A stretch of DNA of 32,000 nucleotides, taken from positions 2,100,001 to 2,132,000 of the forward strand of contig NC_007969.1 of NCBI RefSeq assembly GCF_000013905.1. Direction: 5' to 3'. The translations under genes and the position numbers were made by a program. Source of the stretch: Psychrobacter cryohalolentis K5 (GTDB lineage Bacteria; Pseudomonadota; Gammaproteobacteria; Pseudomonadales; Moraxellaceae). The notes beneath the pieces are model-generated. The model saw only the letters and a list, made by a program, of their open reading frames with translations, had not been told where the DNA came from and searched no databases. Shown here one piece after another: positions 19,667-28,660 of this stretch; position 1 is the first letter of the stretch, and every line of letters begins with the position of its first letter.

Positions 19667-20425
19667 CTAAGATATTTGCTGAGCCGTCACTATTTGTTCG
19701 CTGGTTTTGCCAAAGCGGCGTTGACGTTGAGCAAAATCCTCTAGCATTGCTGCTAGCTCATCGACGCTAAAATCTGGCCACAATGTTGGGGTAAAGAACA
19801 GCTCTGCATAGGCTGACTGCCACAATAAGAAGTTGGAGAGACGGTACTCGCCGCCAGTACGTATCAGCATGTCTACTTCTGGTGCATCTGCCAATTGCAC
19901 ATACTCTCCAAGTTTTTCCTTATCAATATCATCGATTGATAACTGACCTGCCTGCACTTGCTGTAATAGCTGCTTTGCTGCATGAGCGATATCCCACTGT
20001 CCACCGTAACTGATGGCGATGACCAATGTCATAGCATCAAAATCAGCCGTTTTTGCTTCAGCATCTGCCATCAATAATTGCAAATCATCACTAAGCTGAC
20101 TGCGATCGCCGATAAAACGCAAACGAATACGGTACTTAACCATACGAGGCATCTGCTCATTGATGGTTAAGCTCAGCAAATGCATCAGCAATGCCACTTC
20201 AGTCGGTGGGCGCTGCCAATTCTCACTGGAAAAGGCAAAGACGGTCAAAACCTCAATACCTGTACTGACGCAATACTCAACAATAGGGTCTAGCGCATCT
20301 TTGCCAGCGATATGCCCCTGACCTTTGCCTAAATTATGGACTTTACCATAGCGGTTATTGCCGTCCATAATAACAGCGATATGGCGTGGAAGAAGGGCTG
20401 GAGCTAAATTCTCTGACATAGACAT
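19667..20425 (-). CDS. uppS: Di-trans,poly-cis-undecaprenyl-diphosphate synthase
   Basis: HIAVIMDGNNRY, TVFAFSSENWQRP and IRTGGEYRLSNFLLWQSAYAELFF are canonical UppS motifs. Confidence 0.93.
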   Translation of the reverse strand: MSMSENLAPALLPRHIAVIMDGNNRYGKVHNLGKGQGHIAGKDALDPIVEYCVSTGIEVLTVFAFSSENWQRPPTEVALLMHLLSLTINEQMPRMVKYRIRLRFIGDRSQLSDDLQLLMADAEAKTADFDAMTLVIAISYGGQWDIAHAAKQLLQQVQAGQLSIDDIDKEKLGEYVQLADAPEVDMLIRTGGEYRLSNFLLWQSAYAELFFTPTLWPDFSVDELAAMLEDFAQRQRRFGKTSEQIVTAQQIS

Positions 20426-20583
20426 AGGCTAACTTGCTTGTTGTTTAGGTAAAATAATCATAACGCGCGCCATACTTTATAAAAACCCTAACTCATAATT
20501 TATATAAAAAGATTCATATAAAGTGCTTATAAAAAAAGGACAATATAAACAAGCTATAGAGTAAGCTTAGTTGTCTACACGGC

Positions 20584-20622
20584 AACAAACAGCCAATAGC
20601 ACTTTGATATTGGCTGTTTGTT
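20584..20622 (-). other. 15-bp perfect stem-loop between frr and uppS (possible attenuator or processing site)
   Basis: aacaaacagccaata (20584-20598) pairs with tattggctgtttgtt (20608-20622), 9-nt loop. A T-run follows on the plus strand only. On the sense (minus) strand the stem is followed by gccgtg. Confidence 0.5.
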
Positions 20623-20683
20623 TTTAGCGACTTGTTATATAAAATATTGATAGCGCATCATTTTTGACAGCAGAAAAATGTAC

Positions 20684-21238
20684 TTATACTGCCATCAAAT
20701 CGGTTTCTTTTTTGCTTAAGCGGCTATCGATTGTTTCAATATATTTGTCAGTGATTTTTTGAATGTCATCACTGGCGCGGCGCTCGTCGTCTTCAGAAAT
20801 CTCTTTTTCTTTTGCTAACTCTTTGATGTCATTCATCATATCACGGCGGATATTACGAATAGAAACACGGCTGTTTTCTGCTTCGCCACGTGCCAATTTT
20901 TGCATATCTTTTCGAGTTTCTTCTGTCAATGCTGGCATGGGAACACGAATCACATCAGCAGTCATTGGATTAAGACCCAAATCTGCTTCGCGGATAGCTT
21001 TATCAATCGCTTGCACCATGGTACGGTCAAATGGCTGTACCAGTAGCGTACGCGAATCTTCAACGTTAACACTCGCTACTTGATTTAAAGGCGTAGGCGA
21101 ACCATAGTAGCTGACCATCACGCCTGTCAACATACCTGGATGCGCGCGACCCGTACGAACTTTACTAAAGGTGCTTTCAAGCGCTTCCAAGGTTTTTTGC
21201 ATGCGCGCTTCGCCGTCTTGCTTAATTTCTTGAATCAT
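20684..21238 (-). CDS. frr: Ribosome recycling factor
   Basis: 184 aa. The N-terminal [25 protein letters not shown] and the C-terminal [21 protein letters not shown] are typical RRF. Confidence 0.95.
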
Positions 21239-21364
21239 GAGGTATCCTTATTTATCGCTACCGACAAATCATTTATTGTTTATTATAAAAACTATTCAGG
21301 TGTTTTCACAGATAAGCAGCTGTCTTACTTCTGCCTATCTTTTATCATATTTTTGGGTACGATA

Positions 21365-22090
21365 TTAATGATAGACGCGTGTGCCTTCATTCTCGCCCAT
21401 CACAACATTTAATAAAGCATTAGGCTTATTCATATCAAAGACTTGTAATGGCACATCGTGCTCACGACATAATGCGATGGCAGTCAAGTCCATAACTCCA
21501 AGCTTTTGCTCTAACACCTCATCAAAGGTCAGACCATCATATTTTACTGCATCGCTATGTAGGCTTGGGTCTTTATCATAAACACCATCTACTTTGGTCG
21601 CTTTTAGAATCAAGCCTGCTTCGATTTCAATACCACGTAAGCAAGCAGCCGTATCAGTAGTAAAGAAAGGGTTGCCCGTACCCGCGACAAAGATACATAC
21701 TTCGCCATTTTTAAGATAACGAATCGCATTACGGCTGCTATAACTTTCAGTGACTTCACCAATCGGCAGGGCTGACATTAGGCGCGTTTTGATATTGCGG
21801 CGCTCAAGAGCATCACGCATTGCAAGGCCATTCATGACGGTTGCAAGCATGCCCATTTGATCGCCAGTGACGCGGCCGACCAAACCCTCTTTTTGTAATT
21901 GAGCGCCGCGATATAAGTTACCACCACCGACCACGATACCCACTTGGACACCAAGCCCGCGCAAATGGGCGATAGATAAGCTCATCTTATCGAGCACTTC
22001 GGTATCAATACCCATATCTTTCGTACCCGCTAAGGCTTCACCAGAAAGTTTTAGCAAGATACGAGAATAACGCGGGTTTTTGTCAGACAT
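21365..22090 (-). CDS. pyrH: UMP kinase
   Basis: [36 protein letters not shown] and FFTTDTAA motifs. Position upstream of frr fits. Confidence 0.95.
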   Translation of the reverse strand: MSDKNPRYSRILLKLSGEALAGTKDMGIDTEVLDKMSLSIAHLRGLGVQVGIVVGGGNLYRGAQLQKEGLVGRVTGDQMGMLATVMNGLAMRDALERRNIKTRLMSALPIGEVTESYSSRNAIRYLKNGEVCIFVAGTGNPFFTTDTAACLRGIEIEAGLILKATKVDGVYDKDPSLHSDAVKYDGLTFDEVLEQKLGVMDLTAIALCREHDVPLQVFDMNKPNALLNVVMGENEGTRVYH

Positions 22091-22223
22091 GAGGTCACCT
22101 TGTCAGTATTGAATTATAATTAAAGTTATCGGTAATATACAAATAGAGTTTACTTTGAGACTTGACGGCATTGCCCAACTTAAGGATAAGCAGGTACAAA
22201 GGTCAAATTGCGCTAATTGTAGC

Positions 22224-22250
22224 AAAAACTGCCCACGATTGGGCAATTTT
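22224..22250 (-). terminator. Terminator-like hairpin downstream of rimO
   Basis: Stem tgccca (22230-22235), loop cgat, stem tgggca (22240-22245). On the minus strand it is followed by gtttttg. A/T runs sit on both sides. The stem is short, so confidence is moderate. Confidence 0.5.
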
Positions 22251-22273
22251 CATGCGCCTATTACAGTGACTGC

Positions 22274-23905
22274 TTAGCCTTTGTAACTGGCAAACAAATC
22301 ATATTCACTAGCATCGTCGATAGTAACCGTTAAGAACTGCCCAACTTTGACATGAGCGTCAATATCATCGACGTAGACGTGACCGTCAATCTCTGGTGCG
22401 TCAGCATAACTACGGCAGATCGCAACACCTTCTTCTCTATCAATTTCGTCGACCAATACCATCAAGGTTTTGCCAATTTTCTCTTGCAGTTTTTGGGCTG
22501 AAATATCTTGCTGTAACGTCATCAAACGCTCGTAACGTTCTTGCTTGACGTCTTCTGGCACATGATTTGGCAAGTCATTGGCAACCGCACCTTCAACTTC
22601 TGAATAGGTAAAGGCACCAACGCGATCTAGACGGGCTTCTACTAACCAATCAAGCAAGCATTGGAAATCTTCTTCTGTCTCGCCAGGGAAGCCAACAACG
22701 AAGGTTGAGCGAATAACGATATCAGGACAAATCTCACGCCATGCATGGATACGCGCCAAGGTATTTTCGCTATGAGCAGGACGCTTCATTGCTTTTAAAA
22801 TGCGATGGCTGGCATGTTGGAATGGAATATCAAGATAAGGCAATAATTTCTTCTCACCCATTAATTCTACGACTTTATCTACATGCGGATACGGATACAC
22901 ATAGTGTAGACGCACCCAAATACCCAAATCGTTTAACGCTTGGCATAAGTCATAAAATTTAGACTTCAGCGGCATACCATTCCAAAAGCTTGTCTTATAC
23001 TTTAAGTCCAGACCATAAGCAGAAGTATCTTGTGAGATAATCAATAACTCTTTCACGCCAGCCTTTTTCAGCGCCAGCGCTTCATTCATCACACTGTCAA
23101 TCGGACGTGAAACCAAGTCTCCACGTAAGCTTGGAATAATGCAAAAAGTACAACGGTGGTTGCAACCTTCTGATATTTTTAGATAAGCATAATGACTAGG
23201 CGTTAATTTGATACCTGCCTCATTAATCAAATCTATTTTTGGGTCATAACTGGCATCCAAACCACAGTCAGGCTTTGGTACATGCAACGCGACTGCTCTA
23301 ATGACGTCATCATAAGCATGAGCGCCCGTCACTGCTAGTACAGCAGGATGCATTTCACGGATTTTATCTGCCTCTTTACCCAAGCAGCCTGTCACAATCA
23401 CCTTACCGTTTTTGCTGATAGCTTCACCGATTGCATCGAGCGACTCTTGTACCGCTGACTCGATAAAGCCGCACGTATTGACCACTACCAAGTCGGCGCC
23501 TTCATAATCACTGGCTACTTGATAGCCATCACGGCTAAGCTCTGTGATAATGCGCTCACTATCGACCAAGGCTTTTGGACAACCTAGAGACACAAATCCA
23601 ATCTTTGGCGCGGCATTGACAGGGGCATTGGTCGTTGCTGTTGTCGTTTTAGCTGAAGCCGCTGAAACTACCTCGCTGCTTTGTTCGACACTACGATTTT
23701 GATTATGATTGGCTTTATGATGGTAAGGTTGAACACTGTCCGTCGAGCTTTGCGCAGGCATTGCTGTCGGCTTAGCAGGATTAAAGAGAGTGGCAGTGTC
23801 TTTTGGTATAGAAGCTGGCTGTGAAGGGGCTATAGTCGTATTAACGGACTCGGTAGAAATATTGGGCATGGCTAACCTTGCTAGAGATAAATTGGCTGTG
23901 CGCAT
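22274..23905 (-). CDS. rimO: Ribosomal protein S12 methylthiotransferase RimO with a ~100-aa N-terminal low-complexity extension
   Basis: MTTase N-domain ([18 protein letters not shown]), radical-SAM site ([13 protein letters not shown]) and a C-terminal TRAM domain. Homology begins at about aa 100. Possible ATG starts are 23905 and 23869 (the latter with AAGG upstream). The last in-frame Met before the conserved core is at aa 49. Confidence 0.9.
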   Translation of the reverse strand: MRTANLSLARLAMPNISTESVNTTIAPSQPASIPKDTATLFNPAKPTAMPAQSSTDSVQPYHHKANHNQNRSVEQSSEVVSAASAKTTTATTNAPVNAAPKIGFVSLGCPKALVDSERIITELSRDGYQVASDYEGADLVVVNTCGFIESAVQESLDAIGEAISKNGKVIVTGCLGKEADKIREMHPAVLAVTGAHAYDDVIRAVALHVPKPDCGLDASYDPKIDLINEAGIKLTPSHYAYLKISEGCNHRCTFCIIPSLRGDLVSRPIDSVMNEALALKKAGVKELLIISQDTSAYGLDLKYKTSFWNGMPLKSKFYDLCQALNDLGIWVRLHYVYPYPHVDKVVELMGEKKLLPYLDIPFQHASHRILKAMKRPAHSENTLARIHAWREICPDIVIRSTFVVGFPGETEEDFQCLLDWLVEARLDRVGAFTYSEVEGAVANDLPNHVPEDVKQERYERLMTLQQDISAQKLQEKIGKTLMVLVDEIDREEGVAICRSYADAPEIDGHVYVDDIDAHVKVGQFLTVTIDDASEYDLFASYKG

Positions 23906-24003
23906 TGTACGTTTTTTTTACAAAAATCGCCAGTTTTGCCGCTCTATAGTGTTGATTTATGGTTAAATATTATATCGAGCCTCTATTTATCTAGGTATTA
24001 CTC

Positions 24004-25392
24004 ATGACCGCTGATTTTATAAGCGCAAAACCAACGCCTGACTTAACCTTTATATCGCAGCATTTGTTCACGGCTATCTTGTGGGTCAATGATGAATTGT
24101 CTATTACTTGGCTAAATGCCCAAGCTGAGCAGCTACTGGCGATCAGTAGTGGACGATTGCTTAATCAGTCGGTATTGATGCTGCTTGCGCCCGAAGAGTT
24201 GAAAACCAAACGCAGCACACTTATTGACAGTTCAAAAGACAAAACCTGCTCTTTGACTGAACGTTTTTTTCAAGCGAAGCAGTACCAACAACCTTTTATT
24301 GACCATGACCATCTGATAAACAGCCCATTAAATGGCAACTTATCACTCTCGATTGACTATAGCGTCACCCCTGTTATCTATCAGCAGCAAAATTACTTTA
24401 TTATAGAGATATGGGGCAAAGACCGCCAAAGTCGCATCTCAGAAGAACAGCGCCAACAGCAGCAGTACAATGTTGCGCGTCATATGCTGCGCTCGGTTGC
24501 CCATGAAATCAAAAATCCGTTGGCTGGTATTCGCGGTGCCGCGCAATTATTGCAGCGTCAATTTATCAAATTTAGTGAGCGCTCTTTTAATACTCACACT
24601 ACTGATACTGACTACCCTAGCCTTATATCGAGCCCGACTTTAAACTCTGATAACCATCTACAGAAAACCGCTGACAAATTACGCAGCTATACCGACATCA
24701 TTATCTCAGAGACAGATCGTCTAACTCAGCTGATTGGGCAGTTTCTTGGTTCTAATCAATTACCACATTGGCAAATGCTCAATGTTCATGAGCCAATAGA
24801 GCATGTTTTGGCATTGATCATCCATCAATATCCGCAAGTTTTATTACAGCGTGACTATGACTTATCGTTACCTGAACTCTGTGCTGATAAAGACCAGCTG
24901 ATACAAGTCTTCTTAAACTTAATTAATAATGCTTGCGAATCCATGACGGAATTTGCACAAACACTGCAGCAAAGCGTGCCAGCCGTATCCAGTCAATTAA
25001 CATCAGATAGTCCACTTAATAATCTTGATTTTGACGATGGCTATCAACCCAAACTCCATATTCAAACACGTGTTGCCTTTCAACATACGATTGCCGGGCA
25101 GCAACATAAACAAGTACTGCAAGTTGCTATCACCGATAATGGTTCTGGCATTCATCCTGATATCATTGGGCAGATATTCTTCCCTATGGTGACCAGTCGC
25201 GCGCTAGGAACTGGGCTTGGTTTATCCATTGTGCAAGATATTATCAGCCGTCATCATGGTATGATTGATGTCAGCTCTACTCAATCGCAGGGCGCCAGTA
25301 CAAATACTAATGTCGATAATAAAAATAGCCATTATAGTCAAACCCGTTTTACCCTTTATTTGCCTTTTCATCAGCCAATTGCTGAAAATTAA
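24004..25392 (+). CDS. ntrB: NtrB/GlnL-type sensor histidine kinase (PAS-DHp-CA) with three polar insertions
   Basis: The H-box SVAHEIKNPLAGIRGAAQLL closely resembles the NtrB consensus. N-box QVFLNLINNA. G-boxes ITDNGSGI and GTGLGLSIV. An N-terminal PAS-like region is present, and an NtrC-type regulator follows. Confidence 0.85.
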   Translation: MTADFISAKPTPDLTFISQHLFTAILWVNDELSITWLNAQAEQLLAISSGRLLNQSVLMLLAPEELKTKRSTLIDSSKDKTCSLTERFFQAKQYQQPFIDHDHLINSPLNGNLSLSIDYSVTPVIYQQQNYFIIEIWGKDRQSRISEEQRQQQQYNVARHMLRSVAHEIKNPLAGIRGAAQLLQRQFIKFSERSFNTHTTDTDYPSLISSPTLNSDNHLQKTADKLRSYTDIIISETDRLTQLIGQFLGSNQLPHWQMLNVHEPIEHVLALIIHQYPQVLLQRDYDLSLPELCADKDQLIQVFLNLINNACESMTEFAQTLQQSVPAVSSQLTSDSPLNNLDFDDGYQPKLHIQTRVAFQHTIAGQQHKQVLQVAITDNGSGIHPDIIGQIFFPMVTSRALGTGLGLSIVQDIISRHHGMIDVSSTQSQGASTNTNVDNKNSHYSQTRFTLYLPFHQPIAEN

Positions 25393-25435
25393 TGCCTTCA
25401 CCTCAATTCTTCTCACTGCTTATTAGGCTAAATAC

Positions 25436-27148
25436 ATGACCCAGTATAATGACACCCAATCTCTTACAAGCAATGAGCGAACGCCAATGGTCACGGTCAA
25501 TAACAGTCCTGATAATGAGCCTGCCACTTTGTGGCTCATTGATGATGATGCGGCGCTGCGTATGGTACTTGCAGATACTTTTGAAGACGCTGGATTGACG
25601 GTTATCAGCTTTACCCAAGCACAAGCAGCATGGACACGCCTCAATGATATTCTAGAATCGTCAGAGTCAATCGCCTTGTTACCTGATGTGATATTGACCG
25701 ATATTCGTATGCCGATGATGGATGGTCTGTCGTTTAGTGACTGGGTACACAAGCACTTTCCTAAGCTTCCGATTGTCATTATGACAGCGCATTCAGACCT
25801 TACTTCTGCCATTAGCAGCTATCAGACTGGTGCATTTGAATATCTGCCCAAGCCGTTTGATTTAGATGATGCGGTCGCAACGATTTATAAAGCCATTAAT
25901 TATCAGCCGAATCTAGTCATATCAAACCATTCGATCGAGTCTAATACGAATGTAAGTACCGATACCAAAGAACAGCCTGTGAACAAACCAAATGCAGCCA
26001 AATCAGCTAGAAAAACCCCTAAAGCTGCTGAAAGTAAAACTCATGAAAAACCCAAACCCCAAACCAATAACAATCCAAGCGGCATCATTGGTCAATCACA
26101 AGCCATGCAAACGGTATTTCGTGCCATTGGTAGACTTGCGCACTCACCGATTACCGTTTTAATCACTGGTGAATCAGGTACAGGTAAAGAGTTGGTCGCT
26201 AGCGCTTTACATCAGCACTCACCGCGACACAATAAAACCTTTATTGCACTAAATATGGCAGCAATTCCCCATGATTTGATTGAGTCTGAATTGTTTGGTC
26301 ATGAAAAAGGCGCATTCACTGGCGCCACAACTTCACGCCAAGGTCGTTTTGAGCAAGCAGATGGCGGCACGTTATTTTTAGATGAAATCGGTGACATGCC
26401 TTTTAGTACCCAAACGCGGCTGCTACGAGTGCTGGCAAATGGCGAATTTTTTCGCGTGGGTGGTCAGCAGCCCGTCAAAGTAGATGTACGCATTATTGCC
26501 GCTACCCATCAAAACTTGGAAGAATTGGTCAAACAGGGTAAATTCCGTGAGGATCTATTTTATCGCCTGAATGTCATTCGCCTGCCATTGCCGCCCTTAC
26601 GGACTCGCCGCGAGGACGTACCAGCATTAACCACTTATTTTATGCAGCGCGCTGCTGAGCAGATGAATACGGCACCAAAACAGTTACATCCGGCAGCAAT
26701 GCAAATGATGCAGTCTTTTGAATGGCGCGGTAATGTCCGTCAACTTGAGAATGTCTGTCTCTGGCTGACAGTAATGGCGACTGGCGACACCGTTATGATC
26801 GATGACTTGCCTCCAGAGTTGCTCGAAAACATCTCCTCTACTCTAAACAATCAACAGCAGCATGTATCCTCACAAGACGCTATTGAAAATAATCATCTAC
26901 AAAGTCAGGATACTTTTGGCACCCAAAGCTGGCAACAAGCTTTAGGTATTTGGGCGAAGCAGTCACTACAAACTGGCGCAACCGATATTTTACAGACAGC
27001 AACACCTGAGTTTGAACGGGTCTTGCTAACCGCAGCGCTCCATCATAGCGGCGGCAAAAAGATAGCTGCTGCCAATTTACTTGGCTGGGGACGCAATACG
27101 CTGACACGTAAATTACAACAGCTGAACCTCTCATCATATCAAGAGTAA
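25436..27148 (+). CDS. ntrC: NtrC/GlnG-type sigma-54-dependent response regulator
   Basis: Receiver domain (LWLIDDD...LTDIRMPMMDGL...SSYQTGAFEYLPKPFDLDDA). AAA+ sigma-54 activator domain (ITGESGTGKELVA, GAFTGA, LFLDEIGDM, RVGG, FREDLFYRLNV). C-terminal Fis-type HTH (AANLLGWGRNTLTRKLQQL). Confidence 0.88.
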   Translation: MTQYNDTQSLTSNERTPMVTVNNSPDNEPATLWLIDDDAALRMVLADTFEDAGLTVISFTQAQAAWTRLNDILESSESIALLPDVILTDIRMPMMDGLSFSDWVHKHFPKLPIVIMTAHSDLTSAISSYQTGAFEYLPKPFDLDDAVATIYKAINYQPNLVISNHSIESNTNVSTDTKEQPVNKPNAAKSARKTPKAAESKTHEKPKPQTNNNPSGIIGQSQAMQTVFRAIGRLAHSPITVLITGESGTGKELVASALHQHSPRHNKTFIALNMAAIPHDLIESELFGHEKGAFTGATTSRQGRFEQADGGTLFLDEIGDMPFSTQTRLLRVLANGEFFRVGGQQPVKVDVRIIAATHQNLEELVKQGKFREDLFYRLNVIRLPLPPLRTRREDVPALTTYFMQRAAEQMNTAPKQLHPAAMQMMQSFEWRGNVRQLENVCLWLTVMATGDTVMIDDLPPELLENISSTLNNQQQHVSSQDAIENNHLQSQDTFGTQSWQQALGIWAKQSLQTGATDILQTATPEFERVLLTAALHHSGGKKIAAANLLGWGRNTLTRKLQQLNLSSYQE

Positions 27149-27262
27149 TATTAGTGTGAATAAAGTGATAAAAAATATGAATTAAAAAATCAATAATATC
27201 AATTATTTATGATATTCAGCAAAAAAAATGGCTAAATAATTAAAAATAAGTGCAAATAGGGC

Positions 27263-27290
27263 TTGCCAAACTATTCAAACTCTATATAAT
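27263..27290 (+). promoter_or_regulatory. Near-consensus sigma-70 promoter for tRNA-Leu
   Basis: TTGCCA (27263-27268), a 16-nt spacer, then TATAAT (27285-27290). About 100 nt of A-tract-rich, UP-element-like sequence lies upstream. Confidence 0.55.
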
Positions 27291-27378
27291 AGCCAACCAC
27301 TGAGACGCACTACCGAATCAGTTATTTATCTCGATGGGGTTTGAATATCAACACCAAAGATGATAAGGTAACGAAAAT

Positions 27379-27463
27379 GGGGCTGTGGCGGAATTGGTAG
27401 ACGCACCAGATTTAGGTTCTGGCGCCGCAAGGTGTGAGAGTTCGAGTCTCTCCAGCCCCACCA
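27379..27463 (+). tRNA. tRNA-Leu, anticodon UAG, CCA encoded
   Basis: Acceptor stem ggggctg pairs with cagcccc. D-arm gcggaattggtagacgc. Anticodon stem-loop ccaga-ttTAGgt-tctgg. Long variable arm gcgccgcaaggtgt. T-arm gagagttcgagtctctc. Discriminator A plus CCA. Total 85 nt, a class II tRNA. Confidence 0.93.
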
Positions 27464-27494
27464 TTTTCGGATAGTACATCTTAGACCAAATATT

Positions 27495-27521
27495 AAAGCC
27501 TGCTTTTTAGCAGGTTTTTTT
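27495..27521. terminator. Terminator shared by convergent tRNA-Leu and the kinase-like gene
   Basis: aaagcctgc-ttttta-gcaggttt followed by T7 on the plus strand. The A-run gives a weaker U-rich tail on the minus strand. Confidence 0.75.
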
Positions 27522-27568
27522 GTGTCTGGGATTTACTGGATTTATCCTTTCAACCTTAGTTGTTGGGC

Positions 27569-28591
27569 TCAGTTACCTTGCCATTCCATACTTTCTAAAT
27601 CTAAAAGCATCTCACCCATACTCTGATACCTTTTCTCTATCTGCTTCGCCAATGCCTTATCAACAACGTCCTGATAGCGACTATATTCTAATGGCAAGGT
27701 CGGAACAGACTTTTGGCAATGTTGTGTCGCCCAATCAATCATTGAATCACTACTTCGAACATCAACGGCAAATGGTCGCTCGCCGACTAATATCTCATAC
27801 AACATAATCCCAAAAGCGTATATATCGCTTTGAACCGTTGAGCCATACCCTTGCCAACGCTCAGGAGCAAGATAGGCAGGCGTGCCAGCAATATTTGCCA
27901 CACTTGGCTGATAAAGAGTGCTCGTTAAAGTAAAATCCGTCAATAATAAATCAAAGGTGATACGGCTATTATCCGCATTATTTGGCAAAAAACCTTCTAG
28001 CAAAATATTACTGGGCTTAATATCATTATGTAGCCAGCCGATATTATGTAAGCGGTAAATAAGATTAGCAGATTGTAGGATAAATTGATTCTTTTGTGCC
28101 TGTGTTAATAAGAAATGCTTTTGAGCACTCAGCTGATTTGCCAAGCTGCCATTTGGATAATAAGGCATGACCAGGATAGTCAGCTGCTGCAGCTGCGTTA
28201 ATATTTCCGAAGTAATATTTTCATAAAACAATAGTGGTGGTACGATAGCGGAAAGGCTATTTTGAAGCTTGTTTTGATTATTTGATAAGTTGTTTATAGA
28301 TGTTAGAACGTCAGCTTCATAGGTTAAATCAGACAGGTCTTGATTAGCATTAGCATATAACTGCCATTTAATCATCACATTCCCAAACTGCGAGTGTTGG
28401 GCGCGTGTTAAGCCCTGATAGTCAAGGTCACTACCATTATGTTGCTGACTGAGTCGTTGATGCGAGATCTCGCTATAATTTAGGCTGAAAAAGAATGCCG
28501 TTAATGCTGGCAGGATTTGCTGCGCTTGCACTCGTAACGCTTGTTTTGCATCTGCTTGTAATACACAAGGAATACTGGCACTATTTTTCAT
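27569..28591 (-). CDS. Soluble Hanks-type (eukaryotic-like) Ser/Thr protein kinase-like protein with an atypical N-lobe
   Basis: C-lobe motifs are in canonical order: H188-N-D-IKPSN195 (subdomain VIb), D219-F-T (VII), GTPAYLAPE243 (VIII), DIYAFGIMLYEILVGERPF (IX) and R321 (XI). No GxGxxG or VAIK was recognised. No TM segment or extra domain was seen. Confidence 0.75.
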   Translation of the reverse strand: MKNSASIPCVLQADAKQALRVQAQQILPALTAFFFSLNYSEISHQRLSQQHNGSDLDYQGLTRAQHSQFGNVMIKWQLYANANQDLSDLTYEADVLTSINNLSNNQNKLQNSLSAIVPPLLFYENITSEILTQLQQLTILVMPYYPNGSLANQLSAQKHFLLTQAQKNQFILQSANLIYRLHNIGWLHNDIKPSNILLEGFLPNNADNSRITFDLLLTDFTLTSTLYQPSVANIAGTPAYLAPERWQGYGSTVQSDIYAFGIMLYEILVGERPFAVDVRSSDSMIDWATQHCQKSVPTLPLEYSRYQDVVDKALAKQIEKRYQSMGEMLLDLESMEWQGN

Positions 28592-28660
28592 GGTAAAGTG
28601 ATGCCTTTATATATCTATTAAGCCAAACGTCATTTTAATTTTTATAAGCGACTGAGTATT

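Noticed and set aside
23906-24003. Sigma-54 (-24/-12) promoters near ntrBC or elsewhere in the window
   Set aside because: I checked each TGGCAC/GTGCCA occurrence I could find on both strands (for example near 12140, 12870, 26916, 27885). None has TTGC at the correct N5 spacing, and most are inside genes.
27334-27346. atggggtttgaat in the tRNA leader resembling the tRNA 5' end (atggggctgtggcggaat), as a relic of a duplicated tRNA
   Set aside because: Only about 10 matching bases with gaps, and no matching T-arm or acceptor 3' half nearby. This is indistinguishable from chance.
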